A stretch of 64,000 nucleotides of DNA from an uncultured Bacteroidales bacterium (GCA_902784425.1 CACZUS010000009.1:4494-68493); one strand, 5' to 3'; positions 11,071 through 22,853 are shown, counted from the stretch's first letter. The notes: a model not told the origin generated them from the sequence alone. Numbers and translations: made by a program.

Positions 11071-12216
11071 TTAGAAGCCGAATGCTTTTTTCAAATCATT
11101 CACCTTATTATTCAAATTTTTTTCTCTTTCTTTATTCGCCTTCTTCGCCTTAGTCTCTTCCTTCGTATATACCTGTAATCCAAAAGGATCTCTTCCCGAC
11201 TCATCCAGCAAACTTTCTATATTCGTAATAGGCTTCCCATCCAAAGAGAAGTAATGATACTTACCTCCTTTTCTTCCTCTAAACAGAGTCTGATTCATAG
11301 CAAACTCATCATACACTTCTCTTTTATGCGTATAGGCATTCCTGCATTCGTATTCGTAGGGAGGGAGCAAGTCGATGTCGGTTTTTGTTTTTTCGTATTT
11401 TTTAGCCTTCTTAAGCACAATCAAGGTAGGAACATCTGCTGTCACTGTACTAAACGAAGATTTATTCAAAGATGCTGTTAACGTAGAGACTCTATAGGAT
11501 TTACATCTCGCATAGTTTGTATATATCACAACCCCCTTCCATGATGTCCTCAACCACTCATTAACTACATTCTCTCCCACAGTATAGAACATTTTTTTAT
11601 CTAATCCTTCCGTCGGAGTGTTTATGTCGGAGTGAAGTACATAAAAATCTGGCAATCTGTCTTTATTTTGAAATGTATTGTCAAAAGTGATCGGAGTGGC
11701 AGGTTGCGTCTGAGTGTCTTCTAAACCAAGGAATAATACTTTTGCCTTCACACCATCAAACACATCAGCTTTCATTCTTCTTACTGGTGGTACAATCAAC
11801 ACTCCATTTGTGATTTCCAAGTCACGAAATGCACCATTACCAATAAACCTCAAGCCGAACGGAATGACCAAATCTTTCAATCTCGCACCCTCGAAAGCTT
11901 TCTCTCCGATTCCTGCAACAAAGTATCGAGCCATCACTGTTGTATCTTTTCTACAGTATGTTGAAGGGGCAGAAAACACCGTAGGAATTTTCACAACGCT
12001 ATCCGAAACCGAGACTCCACTCACATATACCTCTCCTATATTTTGAATAATGTACTCAGGTTCATTTCCTGCCCTGTTCCCATTAAACTTTCTTATCGTC
12101 ACCTCCGAAGCGATGGTATATATCAACCCGTCTTTCTCGAACGTCACACCTCGTTGAGTCGCAGATGCGATACAACAAGAGACAAGAGCAAGTATTAGCA
12201 GTGTTATTCTTCTCAT
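11071..12216 (-). CDS. Secreted protein with BspA-type leucine-rich-repeat-like segment (hypothetical)
   Basis: 381-aa ORF with signal peptide MRRITLLILALVSCCIASA. IGEKAFEGARLKDLVIPFGLRFIGNGAFRDL resembles LRR_5/BspA repeats. K/E-rich C-terminal tail. Paralog of the upstream gene (shared FEKDGLIYTI / FEKDGISYKV). Confidence 0.6.
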   Translation of the reverse strand: MRRITLLILALVSCCIASATQRGVTFEKDGLIYTIASEVTIRKFNGNRAGNEPEYIIQNIGEVYVSGVSVSDSVVKIPTVFSAPSTYCRKDTTVMARYFVAGIGEKAFEGARLKDLVIPFGLRFIGNGAFRDLEITNGVLIVPPVRRMKADVFDGVKAKVLFLGLEDTQTQPATPITFDNTFQNKDRLPDFYVLHSDINTPTEGLDKKMFYTVGENVVNEWLRTSWKGVVIYTNYARCKSYRVSTLTASLNKSSFSTVTADVPTLIVLKKAKKYEKTKTDIDLLPPYEYECRNAYTHKREVYDEFAMNQTLFRGRKGGKYHYFSLDGKPITNIESLLDESGRDPFGLQVYTKEETKAKKANKEREKNLNNKVNDLKKAFGF

Positions 12217-13226
12217 TTCTTTATCAATTTACCATTCAACATATATTTTACTTCACCCTCTTTGCCTATAAACTTAACATACCACCCTGTTTTTTGAAGG
12301 GGATCTGCCACAGGAATAAATTCCTGATAGTATGTTGTTTTTCTTGTCTTCTTATCGTACACTGCATAATTAGCTTGTCGAGTATACTTTTGACTAAGAT
12401 TACCCCAAGGATAACCTAGTCCCTTTATATCCACAGCGTTTGCTGTGATTTTCAAACCATTTTTTGCTTTTTGAGGCGTAGTGGAATACATCCTTTTGCT
12501 TAGTCGACCATTTTTGTCTACAAGGTCATTTTTTTGAAACCTCTCATCATCGCCAAATGCCTTTCTTACCCACTTTTTATAGTTGTCTGCCACAGCACTA
12601 TAACACTCATTGTACACAGGGCAACCTTTAATGTACTTAAGACTACCTCTATTTAGTCTAACCAACCCTTTAGGCCTACTTGAAATTAACGAAGAATCTG
12701 TTCGCATCTTGGAGAAAGTTTTTCCCCAATTGACATTCCTCGTTATGTCTAACAATAATTCAGCGTCAAGTTCGTCGAAAACGCCCATCCCCATATTTGC
12801 TATGTCATGTATAACCAAGGTACCACTCCTCATTTTTAATTTTGCGAAACAGCCGTTTCCAGCAAAAAGAAGGTTAGGCAACCATATTCTATCATGTTCA
12901 TGCTGATAAAAGAGACTATCAGTAAGACCAATCACTTTGAATCTATTAATAGAGGGTGGAATAACAACATCTCCTAATTTTTCATCAACTTTCACCACCA
13001 TCAGTTCTCCTGCCTTATAAAATTTTTCAGGTCCCTTTATGGTATCTGGCGATTCCTTCGGATCTACCACAAGATATGTGACCAAAACCTTGTATGAGAT
13101 TCCATCCTTCTCAAAAACATCTCCTTTTTCAAAGTTGTCCCCTAATGCATATTCGTGAGCCAACAATTTAACCGATTGTAAAACAACAGTTAAAACGATT
13201 GCAAAAATTCTGTGTGTCATTCTCAT
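12213..13226 (-). CDS. Secreted hypothetical protein, paralog of 11071..12216
   Basis: 337-aa ORF with signal peptide MRMTHRIFAIVLTVVLQSVKLLA and the segment LFAGNGCFAKLKMRSGTLVIHDI. Its stop overlaps the next ATG by 4 nt (ATGA at 12213..12216). Confidence 0.6.
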   Translation of the reverse strand: MRMTHRIFAIVLTVVLQSVKLLAHEYALGDNFEKGDVFEKDGISYKVLVTYLVVDPKESPDTIKGPEKFYKAGELMVVKVDEKLGDVVIPPSINRFKVIGLTDSLFYQHEHDRIWLPNLLFAGNGCFAKLKMRSGTLVIHDIANMGMGVFDELDAELLLDITRNVNWGKTFSKMRTDSSLISSRPKGLVRLNRGSLKYIKGCPVYNECYSAVADNYKKWVRKAFGDDERFQKNDLVDKNGRLSKRMYSTTPQKAKNGLKITANAVDIKGLGYPWGNLSQKYTRQANYAVYDKKTRKTTYYQEFIPVADPLQKTGWYVKFIGKEGEVKYMLNGKLIKK

Positions 13227-13246
13227 ATTTTTTCTTTTAAACGATA

Positions 13247-13254
13247 CAAAAATA
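13247..13254 (-). promoter_or_regulatory. TAnnTTTG -7 box for the 13226..8252 operon
   Basis: Plus caaaaata is TATTTTTG on the minus strand, 21 nt upstream of the ATG at 13226. Confidence 0.4.
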
Positions 13255-13406
13255 TAAATTTTCTTTTCATAATTCGCAGTTATTACACCTTAATTTTTAA
13301 GGTGGAGTTCTATTTCTATCTATTCTTGTCGTGGAATTTTTGATTCCGCAGTGACGTGGTGTGGCGCGTCCGTTTTGGCGTGATCAACTGACAATCAGAG
13401 ATATAA

Positions 13407-14795
13407 TCACCTTCGATGTTCAGACTTCCATTCCTCTATCGCTTTTTCAAATTTCCTGATTTTTTTTGCACTTTTATTGGCACGGAACCATTCCGAAACC
13501 TGAATCTTTTCAGGAATCTCCTTTCCTCTATCTATCAGTCTTTTCCCTTTATCATCCTTCACCAAAACCACATCATCATACAGATTATGTTCCGCTCCAT
13601 AAGTCTGAATAACAAGAGAATCTTCCGATACAGAAATCCGTTGGTAATAACGATCATCAGTACCCCATTTCTCCACATCACCATAAAACTTCATCGCATA
13701 ATCCTTACGAGAACAGTATGTCACAAGATACAACGGAGAAGTGACTTCGCCCGACTCCGAAACATCAACACAACTCCTCGCATAAGCATGTTCATGGCCC
13801 TGCAACACGAGGTCTACCCCCGCCTCTTTGATGACACCATCAAAATAGGCCCAAACGCCTAAATTATTCGCAGCACCCTTTATAGAATGGAGTGGATGAT
13901 GCAACACGACAATCTTCCAACGTTCCTTACTCTCTGCCAATTGTTTTTTCAACCACTCCCGTTGTTCTCCTAAATTCCAAATATCCTTGTTAGAATCCAG
14001 CAAGAAAAAGCGAGCATCTCCTCTCGCAAAAGAGTACAATGCATTGTCCGATTCATCCTCCACCTCGAAATAAGGGAATGTAAGGGTAAACCTTCTTTCC
14101 AACTTGCGAGACAGGCCCTTCAGATATTCATGATTACCTGGCACGCACACGATTGGATAACGGGTGGCAAAGGTATCCAACGAGCGAAACACCAGATCCC
14201 AATAGCAATCCATGGGACGTTCGATCAAGTCGCCACCAAACAGCATGAATGACGTATTCCGATTGCGCTCCATGATAGAGGGAAGCAAGGAGTCGAAACC
14301 TCCATCCAACTCATCTTGCACATCGCCCATATAGAGAAACGAATATTGATGAGTCGTATCCATTTCGAAATTAAACCACCCCGTCGTATCGTGCGAAGAA
14401 CGAACTCTATACACATAAGATTCACCTCTTCGCAAATCATTTAGCAAGGCGTGATAGAAAGCATCTACGCCGGCTCTGGAGTGATAAATAGTCGGAGTTG
14501 CCTCAACCGTCAAGGTGTCGGATGGAGTCGAGAGAGAATAGTAATCCACATATTCCACAACGGTCGTTTCGTCTCCTTCCGAGCGAGCGGAGTCTTGCCA
14601 ACTGATATAGCGAGAATCAGCATCGACGCCCATTGTGAGGAGTACGCGTTGCACTTTATTCGGAATGACATAAGAGGGTTCCGGTATATTGCCAAACCAG
14701 ACATTCCAACGAGAGCACACCCATACGATCAGCACAATGAGCAGTATGAGAGGAAGGATGACCTTAAAGATGTAGGATCTGCGTGATTTTGCCAT
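13407..14795 (-). CDS. Membrane-anchored metallophosphoesterase (calcineurin-like / purple acid phosphatase-like)
   Basis: 462-aa ORF with an N-terminal TM anchor. Motifs GDVQDE, GGDLIERP, VPGNHEY, VVLHHPLHS, GHEHAY. Confidence 0.85.
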   Translation of the reverse strand: MAKSRRSYIFKVILPLILLIVLIVWVCSRWNVWFGNIPEPSYVIPNKVQRVLLTMGVDADSRYISWQDSARSEGDETTVVEYVDYYSLSTPSDTLTVEATPTIYHSRAGVDAFYHALLNDLRRGESYVYRVRSSHDTTGWFNFEMDTTHQYSFLYMGDVQDELDGGFDSLLPSIMERNRNTSFMLFGGDLIERPMDCYWDLVFRSLDTFATRYPIVCVPGNHEYLKGLSRKLERRFTLTFPYFEVEDESDNALYSFARGDARFFLLDSNKDIWNLGEQREWLKKQLAESKERWKIVVLHHPLHSIKGAANNLGVWAYFDGVIKEAGVDLVLQGHEHAYARSCVDVSESGEVTSPLYLVTYCSRKDYAMKFYGDVEKWGTDDRYYQRISVSEDSLVIQTYGAEHNLYDDVVLVKDDKGKRLIDRGKEIPEKIQVSEWFRANKSAKKIRKFEKAIEEWKSEHRR

Positions 14796-14798
14796 TGA

Positions 14799-16190
14799 CT
14801 AGTAGCCCAATATTTTCAACATAGATTTAAAGCTCTGTTCCTTTGCGAAGAGTTTGGTGTAATATTCACCATTCTCATCCAAGTCGATGACCACCATCTT
14901 AGGAGCAGGCAACAAGCAGTGTTGAATACCTCCATAACCGCTCAACGCCTCCTGATAAGCACCCATGTGGAAGAATCCGATATATTGTTCTCTTCCCTGT
15001 TGCATTTTTGGCAAGAAGATGGCATTAGAGTGAACCTCTGCATTGTAAAAATCTTCGCTATCGCATGTTAGTCCGCCCAAATGCACACGTTCATATTCCT
15101 GATCCCAATTGTTTATCGCCAAGAATGGGAATCGTTGATTCAGAGCCCATGTATCAGGCATTGTATTAATAAATGAGCTGTCGATCATATTCCACAACTC
15201 ACGGTCATTCTGTTGTTTTTGATTTACGATTGAATAGAGCATGGCACCACTTTCACCAACGGTATAAGAACCAAACTCAGTAAATATATGAGGTTCAGGG
15301 ACACCCGCCTGCGTACATGCATTCTTAATTTGTGCAACGATTTCTTCAGCCATGTATTCATAATCGTATGAGAAATCCATGTGAGATTGGAATGGGAAAC
15401 CGCCACCAATGTTTAAACTATCCAAATCTGGACATATCTTTCTTAACTCACAATAAAGGTTGATACTTTTATTCAACTCGTTCCAATAATAGGACGTATC
15501 CTTGATACCTGTATTCACAAAGAAGTGTAACATTTTAAGTTTCACTTGCTTGTTGTTTTGAATCTTTTCTTTATAAAAAGGAATGATATCCTTAAATCGG
15601 ATTCCCAAACGAGAGGTGTAAAAATCGAACTTAGGTTCCTCCTCCGTTGCAATTCGAATACCCAGATTAACATCCTGATCGAAGTCTTTGAGAAGCATAT
15701 CCAGTTCTTCTTTGTTATCAAGAACAGAAATCACATTCGTAAAACCTCCTCTAATCAAAGACTGAATATTTTCTACATACTGGGGGATTTTAAATCCGTT
15801 ACATATAACGAATCGACCAGGATCCAAGTGACCCGAATCGCGCAAACATTCCAACAAGTTCACATCGTACGCCGAAGATATTTCAACATTCACATCATGC
15901 TTAAGTACCTCTTCCATCACAAAGGAGAAGTGGGAACTTTTCGTACAAAAGCAATAATTATAATCCGCTTGATAATCCACTTTTGCCATTGCGACATTAA
16001 ACAATCTGCGCGCGCGTTGAATGTTCTGAGCGATCTTTGGCAAATAAGAGATACGTAGCGGCGTTCCGTATTGTTTAATAATATCCATCAATGGAACATT
16101 AAACCAATACAAATCATTGTTCACAACGCTAAACTCCTCATTAGGGAATTCGAACGACTGTTCGATCAAATCAACGTACTTGTTTTTCAT
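14799..16190 (-). CDS. Fold-type III PLP-dependent decarboxylase (arginine/ornithine decarboxylase-like)
   Basis: 463-aa ORF. The N-terminus YGTPLRISYLPKI...CFCTKS and the C-terminal GGLTCDSEDFY...GAYQEALSG resemble Orn/DAP/Arg decarboxylases. It ends 3 nt from the downstream gene. Substrate was not determined. Confidence 0.7.
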   Translation of the reverse strand: MKNKYVDLIEQSFEFPNEEFSVVNNDLYWFNVPLMDIIKQYGTPLRISYLPKIAQNIQRARRLFNVAMAKVDYQADYNYCFCTKSSHFSFVMEEVLKHDVNVEISSAYDVNLLECLRDSGHLDPGRFVICNGFKIPQYVENIQSLIRGGFTNVISVLDNKEELDMLLKDFDQDVNLGIRIATEEEPKFDFYTSRLGIRFKDIIPFYKEKIQNNKQVKLKMLHFFVNTGIKDTSYYWNELNKSINLYCELRKICPDLDSLNIGGGFPFQSHMDFSYDYEYMAEEIVAQIKNACTQAGVPEPHIFTEFGSYTVGESGAMLYSIVNQKQQNDRELWNMIDSSFINTMPDTWALNQRFPFLAINNWDQEYERVHLGGLTCDSEDFYNAEVHSNAIFLPKMQQGREQYIGFFHMGAYQEALSGYGGIQHCLLPAPKMVVIDLDENGEYYTKLFAKEQSFKSMLKILGY

Positions 16191-16265
16191 TCTTCAAAGT
16201 CTTTTTTAATAAAAGTAAACTCCAAAAAGTAATAATCAAAAACACAATCCAACTCACTTTGTTCC

Positions 16266-16304
16266 AAAAAAAATTTGCAATCCGAGTGAATCGGATTGCA
16301 AATT
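16266..16304 (-). terminator. Rho-independent terminator of fabG
   Basis: Perfect stem tttgcaatccga / tcggattgcaaa, followed on the minus strand by T8, about 35 nt after the fabG stop. Confidence 0.65.
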
Positions 16305-16338
16305 TATATATAAAAAATCTAAAACCAATAGTTTTAAA

Positions 16339-17085
16339 TTACATATTCATACCTCCGCAGCAATGAATTACTTGACCAGAAACATAACCTGACAAATCTG
16401 AAGCTAAGAAAAGAGCTACATTTGCCACATCTTCTGGAGTTCCACCACGTTTCAAAGGAATTGTTGCTTCCCATTGTTTGCGAACTTCTTCAGACAATTG
16501 AGCAGTCATATCTGTAATGATGAATCCTGGTGCGATACAATTTGCACGAATACCACGAGAACCGATCTCCTTTGCAATTGATTTTGTCAAACCAATCATA
16601 CCTGCCTTAGATGCAGAGTAGTTACATTGACCTGCATTACCAGAAACACCGACAACTGAGCTCATTCCGATAATACTACCTGAACGTTGTCTCATCATAA
16701 CTGGTGTCACAGCATGAATGAAGTTGAATGCTGATTTCAAATTGACATTCAAAACAGCGTCCCACTGTCCTTCAGACATACGCATCATCAAACCATCTTT
16801 TGTGATACCTGCATTGTTAACAAGAACGTCTATTGTACCGAACTCTTTAACAACCTCGTTCACTACATTATGTGTCTGTTCGAAATCTGCAGCATTAGAT
16901 GCATATCCTTTCACCTTCACACCATAAGCTTCAATCTCTTTCACAGTTGCTTGTGCCAAATCACCAATTTCCAAATCTGTAAATGCTATATTGGCTCCTT
17001 CACTTGCAAACTTCAATGCAATCGCCTTACCAATTCCGCGAGCAGCACCAGTGATCAGGGCTGTCTTTCCTGTTAGTAATCCCAT
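16339..17085 (-). CDS. fabG: 3-oxoacyl-[acyl-carrier-protein] reductase
   Basis: SDR motifs TGAARGIGKAIA, NNAGI, YSASKAG. I prefer the internal start MGLLTGKTALITG (ATG at 17085) over the track start 17157, because a -7 box sits at 17125..17132. Confidence 0.9.
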   Translation of the reverse strand: MGLLTGKTALITGAARGIGKAIALKFASEGANIAFTDLEIGDLAQATVKEIEAYGVKVKGYASNAADFEQTHNVVNEVVKEFGTIDVLVNNAGITKDGLMMRMSEGQWDAVLNVNLKSAFNFIHAVTPVMMRQRSGSIIGMSSVVGVSGNAGQCNYSASKAGMIGLTKSIAKEIGSRGIRANCIAPGFIITDMTAQLSEEVRKQWEATIPLKRGGTPEDVANVALFLASDLSGYVSGQVIHCCGGMNM

Positions 17086-17124
17086 AGAATAGAAATAATT
17101 TAAGTTAGTATTTAAAATCTGACG

Positions 17125-17132
17125 CAAAGATA
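17125..17132 (-). promoter_or_regulatory. TAnnTTTG -7 box for fabG
   Basis: Plus caaagata is TATCTTTG on the minus strand, 40 nt upstream of the ATG at 17085. Confidence 0.4.
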
Positions 17133-17369
17133 ACAATTGAATTTCAGAATTTAGCATTAAGCGCTAAGTTTTCAATTCAAAAATCAAACGGTCTCCTCCC
17201 ACACTGACATATTGTCACACTACTTTTCTTTCTGCACGACATTTGTGTCAGAAAAAAGTGTGAAATAAGATTTGGCACAAATTATGCAGTACTCAATGTG
17301 GTTGTGAACGAAAGGAGCACGACCTCAAATGCGCAAATAATATAAATTAATAATTAAATAATAAACGAA

Positions 17370-17639
17370 ATGAACATTAAACCATTAGCAGACAGAGTTT
17401 TGATAAAACCTGCTGCAGCAGAAGAGAAGACTGCAAGTGGAATCATCATTCCAGATTCAGCAAAAGAGAAACCATTAAAGGGAGAAGTTCTTGCAATCGG
17501 AACAGGAACCAAAGATGAAGAGATGGTGGTTAAGGTGGGCGACACCGTTCTTTACGGCAAATATGCTGGCACAGAATTGGAGTTGGATGGAGAAAAATAC
17601 CTTATCATGCGTCAGAGTGACATACTTGCTGTTATATAA
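17370..17639 (+). CDS. groES: Co-chaperonin GroES
   Basis: 89-aa [17 protein letters not shown]...GEVLAIGTG...[10 protein letters not shown], immediately upstream of groEL. Confidence 0.97.
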   Translation: MNIKPLADRVLIKPAAAEEKTASGIIIPDSAKEKPLKGEVLAIGTGTKDEEMVVKVGDTVLYGKYAGTELELDGEKYLIMRQSDILAVI

Positions 17640-17735
17640 TATAATAGGTATACACTCAACCAGTAAAATTTTCCAACAAATTATCATTAACAAAGTTAGA
17701 TTGTAAGAATCAAGTGAATCTACATAAGGTTCTGA

Positions 17736-19394
<1,659 letters not shown>

Positions 19395-19418
19395 TCTCGT
19401 TTCCATAACTATTATACG

Positions 19419-19455
19419 ACAAGGGAGGCTTTTTGCAAGGTCTCCCTTGTTTTTT
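19419..19455 (+). terminator. Rho-independent terminator of groESL
   Basis: Stem acaagggag / ctcccttgt with a 14-nt loop, followed by T6. Confidence 0.7.
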
Positions 19456-19499
19456 ATCGAGTGAAATCATAGAACCCCACCTTATGTCAAAAAAAAGAG

Positions 19500-19507
19500 T
19501 ATCTTTG
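19500..19507 (+). promoter_or_regulatory. TAnnTTTG -7 box upstream of the AAA+ gene
   Basis: TATCTTTG, 87 nt upstream of the ATG at 19594. Confidence 0.4.
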
Positions 19508-19593
19508 CATCTCTGAAATAAGATTAGTGACTAACAGGAAGATGTGCAATACATTAACCTTTAGCAGCTCTCATCAAGAAAGGTAAGATAACA

Positions 19594-21603
19594 ATGAACT
19601 ATACGATCAAAATCACCGTCGGATTTATAAAATCGGGCATATTCTCTTCTAAACGTGAAATTGAGCTAGAACAGCTCCCATGCGTAATGGAAGCTTGTTT
19701 CTCGGAAAGCAACGTCTCTGACATCAAGCAAGTGGACAACTCCTTTTTCTGCTGTACCATCAGTTCACCCAACTCTATCGAAGAGGTAACGAAATGCATA
19801 TCCGACAAGATTGTATCCAACTTCAAGGAGGTCAATCAACACTCCACACCAACGCAAAAAGAGAACGACTGTTTCTGTCTAATTGGTGAAAGTTCATTTC
19901 TTACCGTTAGCAAAGAATCGGGAGAGGAAGAGAAAAAAAGTTCTCTGATATTCGATGAAAACGCGTTAAACTCATTGGTGGGCGACATCGACAATCTGAT
20001 TGGATGGGATTCATTCAAAGAGTTTGCTCACGAATGTGCCGATTATGCTGACGACATGTTTAAACACAAATCCCAGAAGAGTTTCCGTTCCCAAAGTTAC
20101 CTGTTTGCCATCAACGGGGGATGCGGATTAACCAGAGGTATCAACCTGCTAACACTTCTTGGCGTTTACATCGGGGCTTTCTCTCAGAAATATTATTTTG
20201 AATACATTCTCTCTGACGAAACGGAAGGTTCACGCATCTGCATAAAAGACCTTTTTGGCGTCATCTATGAGAAAAACAATTATGGAAGTCTCATCTGCTT
20301 GGACATCAGTGAATTCCTTGAGAATTCAAAGCAACTCACCTTAAAGAATTTGCTTATTGAACTTTCTCATTATACCAACAATTTCAACTTCGTGTTTAGA
20401 GTTCCCTACATTGAACCTCACGAGTTGAAAAAGGTGGAAGAGATGCTTGCTGACATTCTTCTCATCAAGACATTTACGATACCACCATTCACAGACGAGC
20501 AGTTGGAGGAGAAAGCGAAAGAGATTCTGAATGATTATGATTTCAAGATGGATAAATCTGCTTGTGAAGTATTCCATACCCTCATTCGAGAAGAGAAGAG
20601 TGACGGACGTTTCTACGGACTTCGCACAGTGGAAAAGGTTACGGATAAGATCATCCTACAAAAACATAAGGCCGACATTCGGAAGAAAGTGGAGAAAAGA
20701 GATGGCATCATTCACAAACAAGATATAGAGTGTCTTGCACAAACCCTCAACGAGAAGGTCAAAGATGGCTTTGAGGAGTTGAGTGAGATGATTGGCATGG
20801 AAAAGATCATCGAGAGTGTGAAGGAGATTGTTACGCAAGCCAAGGTTGCTGTAGAGAACAACAAGATCGAGCACCCTTGCATGCACATGCGTTTCCTTGG
20901 TGCTCCTGGAACAGGTAAAACCACTGTTGCCCGCATCATTGGAAAGATTTTCGCAGAAAACGGACTACTCACAAACGGTCATTTCTTCGAGTATGAAGCG
21001 AGAGACCTCTGTGGCCAGTATGTGGGTCAGACGGCACCAAGGACGGCAGCTATCTGTCGTGATGCATACGGCTCTGTCCTCTTCATTGATGAAGCATACG
21101 ATTTGTATCGCAATGACATCGGACAAAACGACTATGGAAAAGAGGCGCTCACCACACTTATTGCAGAGATGGAAAACCATCGAGACAACTTCATCGTCAT
21201 CATGGCAGGCTATAAAAAGCCAATGGAGACACTGATGGAAGGAAACATGGGATTACGCAGTCGTATGCCATACGTCATTGAGTTTCCATCCTACACTAAA
21301 GAGCAGTTGGCACAGATTTTCATGTTGATGGCAAAGAAGCATTTCGATTGCGATTCAGACCTTGACGAGGCAGTGAAAAACTATTTCGATGCCATGCCAC
21401 AAGGGTACATCGATTCAGAGGATTTCCCAAATGCTCGATACGTACGAAACCTATACGAACGTACATGGTCGAAAGCTGCCATGAGAACGCAGCTTCAAAA
21501 CGTTAAAGAGATTTCGCTGTGCGCAGCCGACTTCCTAGCCGCCTCTTCCGAGAAAGAGTTTAGCTATCAGCAGACAAACACTCGTCCGAGAATCGGTTTT
21601 TAA
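19594..21603 (+). CDS. AAA+ ATPase, SpoVK/CbbX/EccA-like, with a degenerate first AAA-like module and an N-terminal Cys-containing domain
   Basis: 669 aa. The C-terminal module has Walker A GAPGTGKTT, Walker B VLFIDEAYDL and a sensor region IVIMAGY. The upstream module has a degenerate P-loop, INGGCGLTRG. Confidence 0.85.
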   Translation: MNYTIKITVGFIKSGIFSSKREIELEQLPCVMEACFSESNVSDIKQVDNSFFCCTISSPNSIEEVTKCISDKIVSNFKEVNQHSTPTQKENDCFCLIGESSFLTVSKESGEEEKKSSLIFDENALNSLVGDIDNLIGWDSFKEFAHECADYADDMFKHKSQKSFRSQSYLFAINGGCGLTRGINLLTLLGVYIGAFSQKYYFEYILSDETEGSRICIKDLFGVIYEKNNYGSLICLDISEFLENSKQLTLKNLLIELSHYTNNFNFVFRVPYIEPHELKKVEEMLADILLIKTFTIPPFTDEQLEEKAKEILNDYDFKMDKSACEVFHTLIREEKSDGRFYGLRTVEKVTDKIILQKHKADIRKKVEKRDGIIHKQDIECLAQTLNEKVKDGFEELSEMIGMEKIIESVKEIVTQAKVAVENNKIEHPCMHMRFLGAPGTGKTTVARIIGKIFAENGLLTNGHFFEYEARDLCGQYVGQTAPRTAAICRDAYGSVLFIDEAYDLYRNDIGQNDYGKEALTTLIAEMENHRDNFIVIMAGYKKPMETLMEGNMGLRSRMPYVIEFPSYTKEQLAQIFMLMAKKHFDCDSDLDEAVKNYFDAMPQGYIDSEDFPNARYVRNLYERTWSKAAMRTQLQNVKEISLCAADFLAASSEKEFSYQQTNTRPRIGF

Positions 21604-21683
21604 GAAGAGATATAGGAGTATAATGTATTATGGCGTGCACCCCTGCTGGTACGAACAAATACCCCTGCAGACATACGTGACGA

Positions 21684-22853
21684 TCATTCGCAATAATGAC
21701 CCATCAACAAAGTAAGTTTTTCAACCTCACGTTCACAAACCTCCACCAGGATACAATCAGGTTTTTCACGGAGGACCACCTCTTTGTCAAAGCAGATACC
21801 GCCGATTGCCTGATAGAATAAGGATTCATGGAAAGAACTGGAAAAGTAAACAGACAACACACAACTGAAGGAGTCGCCGAAGATGAGCACCTTGCCCTTT
21901 GCATCAGAGGTAGAATGTCTCTTTATATATTGGAATGAGCCACATACATGTTGCGTTGAAGAATCATTCTGTGCCGGATATTGAATTGGATAATAGACCG
22001 GGGAAGATTCCAGCACTTCAGGCATGGCCAACATCGATGTTAAATCGCCTGGCATCTCAGCTGTACTCTTAACGAACATAGAATCCGTCAAAATTGTCAA
22101 GTCAGAAAGATGCGGCTTGAATTTTTCCATAATTGCAAGATAGGCAATATATGCGCCATGGAAAGACCAGTGGGAATCAATATGGCGATACAAATCCTCT
22201 CCCCCCTCCTCTTTATTACTCAATAGAATACTTTTCAAATCAACATACGGGATATCCAAATCAGACATCACCTCATTGACTTGATCGTATCGGCTCTCCT
22301 TTCGTTCACTTTGATAAGGGAAATATTCATAATAGATCGACATTTTATTAGGAGCAACGACAAAGACAACCGGGATATTCAAAGAGTCACAAAAAGACTT
22401 GCATTGCAGTACATTCTGTTTGAGGAAAAACATTTCATTATCCGGAATCGGCTTGTATCCCATTGATTCTGAGACGATATTAGAATAAAGATCACCCAAA
22501 AAATACCAGCCATCCTTACCAATTATGATGTTTTTACCCATGGCAGCAGTACCAAGACGCATTTTAGCAGCCATATAATACTTCGTCATCTGATTACGAA
22601 ACACAAAGTTGTCTACGTAATATCTATTATAATCAGCGCAATAACCCTTTAATCCGTTCACATGGCAAGCAACTTTTTTCATAAACGTAGTATTCGCCAT
22701 AGTGTCAGTGGCGAAGATAGGCTTCTTTGCCGATTCACGATTCTCAATGTTCACTCCATTATCCTTTTCTGAAAAGAGTGAAACTATGGCTGGCGTCACT
22801 AATAAAAGCGAGAACATTACGATGAAACAAATATTTCTATATCTCATAACCAT
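21684..22853 (-). CDS. AlgX/AlgJ-like (DHHW/SGNH-type) O-acetyltransferase partner protein
   Basis: 389 aa with an N-terminal TM/signal segment. HIDSHWSFHGAYIAY resembles the D-x-H-W motif of AlgJ/AlgX-like proteins. It sits 7 nt downstream of an MBOAT gene. Confidence 0.6.
   Translation of the reverse strand: MVMRYRNICFIVMFSLLLVTPAIVSLFSEKDNGVNIENRESAKKPIFATDTMANTTFMKKVACHVNGLKGYCADYNRYYVDNFVFRNQMTKYYMAAKMRLGTAAMGKNIIIGKDGWYFLGDLYSNIVSESMGYKPIPDNEMFFLKQNVLQCKSFCDSLNIPVVFVVAPNKMSIYYEYFPYQSERKESRYDQVNEVMSDLDIPYVDLKSILLSNKEEGGEDLYRHIDSHWSFHGAYIAYLAIMEKFKPHLSDLTILTDSMFVKSTAEMPGDLTSMLAMPEVLESSPVYYPIQYPAQNDSSTQHVCGSFQYIKRHSTSDAKGKVLIFGDSFSCVLSVYFSSSFHESLFYQAIGGICFDKEVVLREKPDCILVEVCEREVEKLTLLMGHYCE

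Noticed and set aside
17151-17167. CIRCE-like sequence ttagcattaagcgctaa between fabG and groES
   Set aside because: Only the TTAGCA / GCTAA ends resemble CIRCE (TTAGCACTC-N9-GAGTGCTAA). The spacing and inner arms do not match and the palindrome is imperfect.
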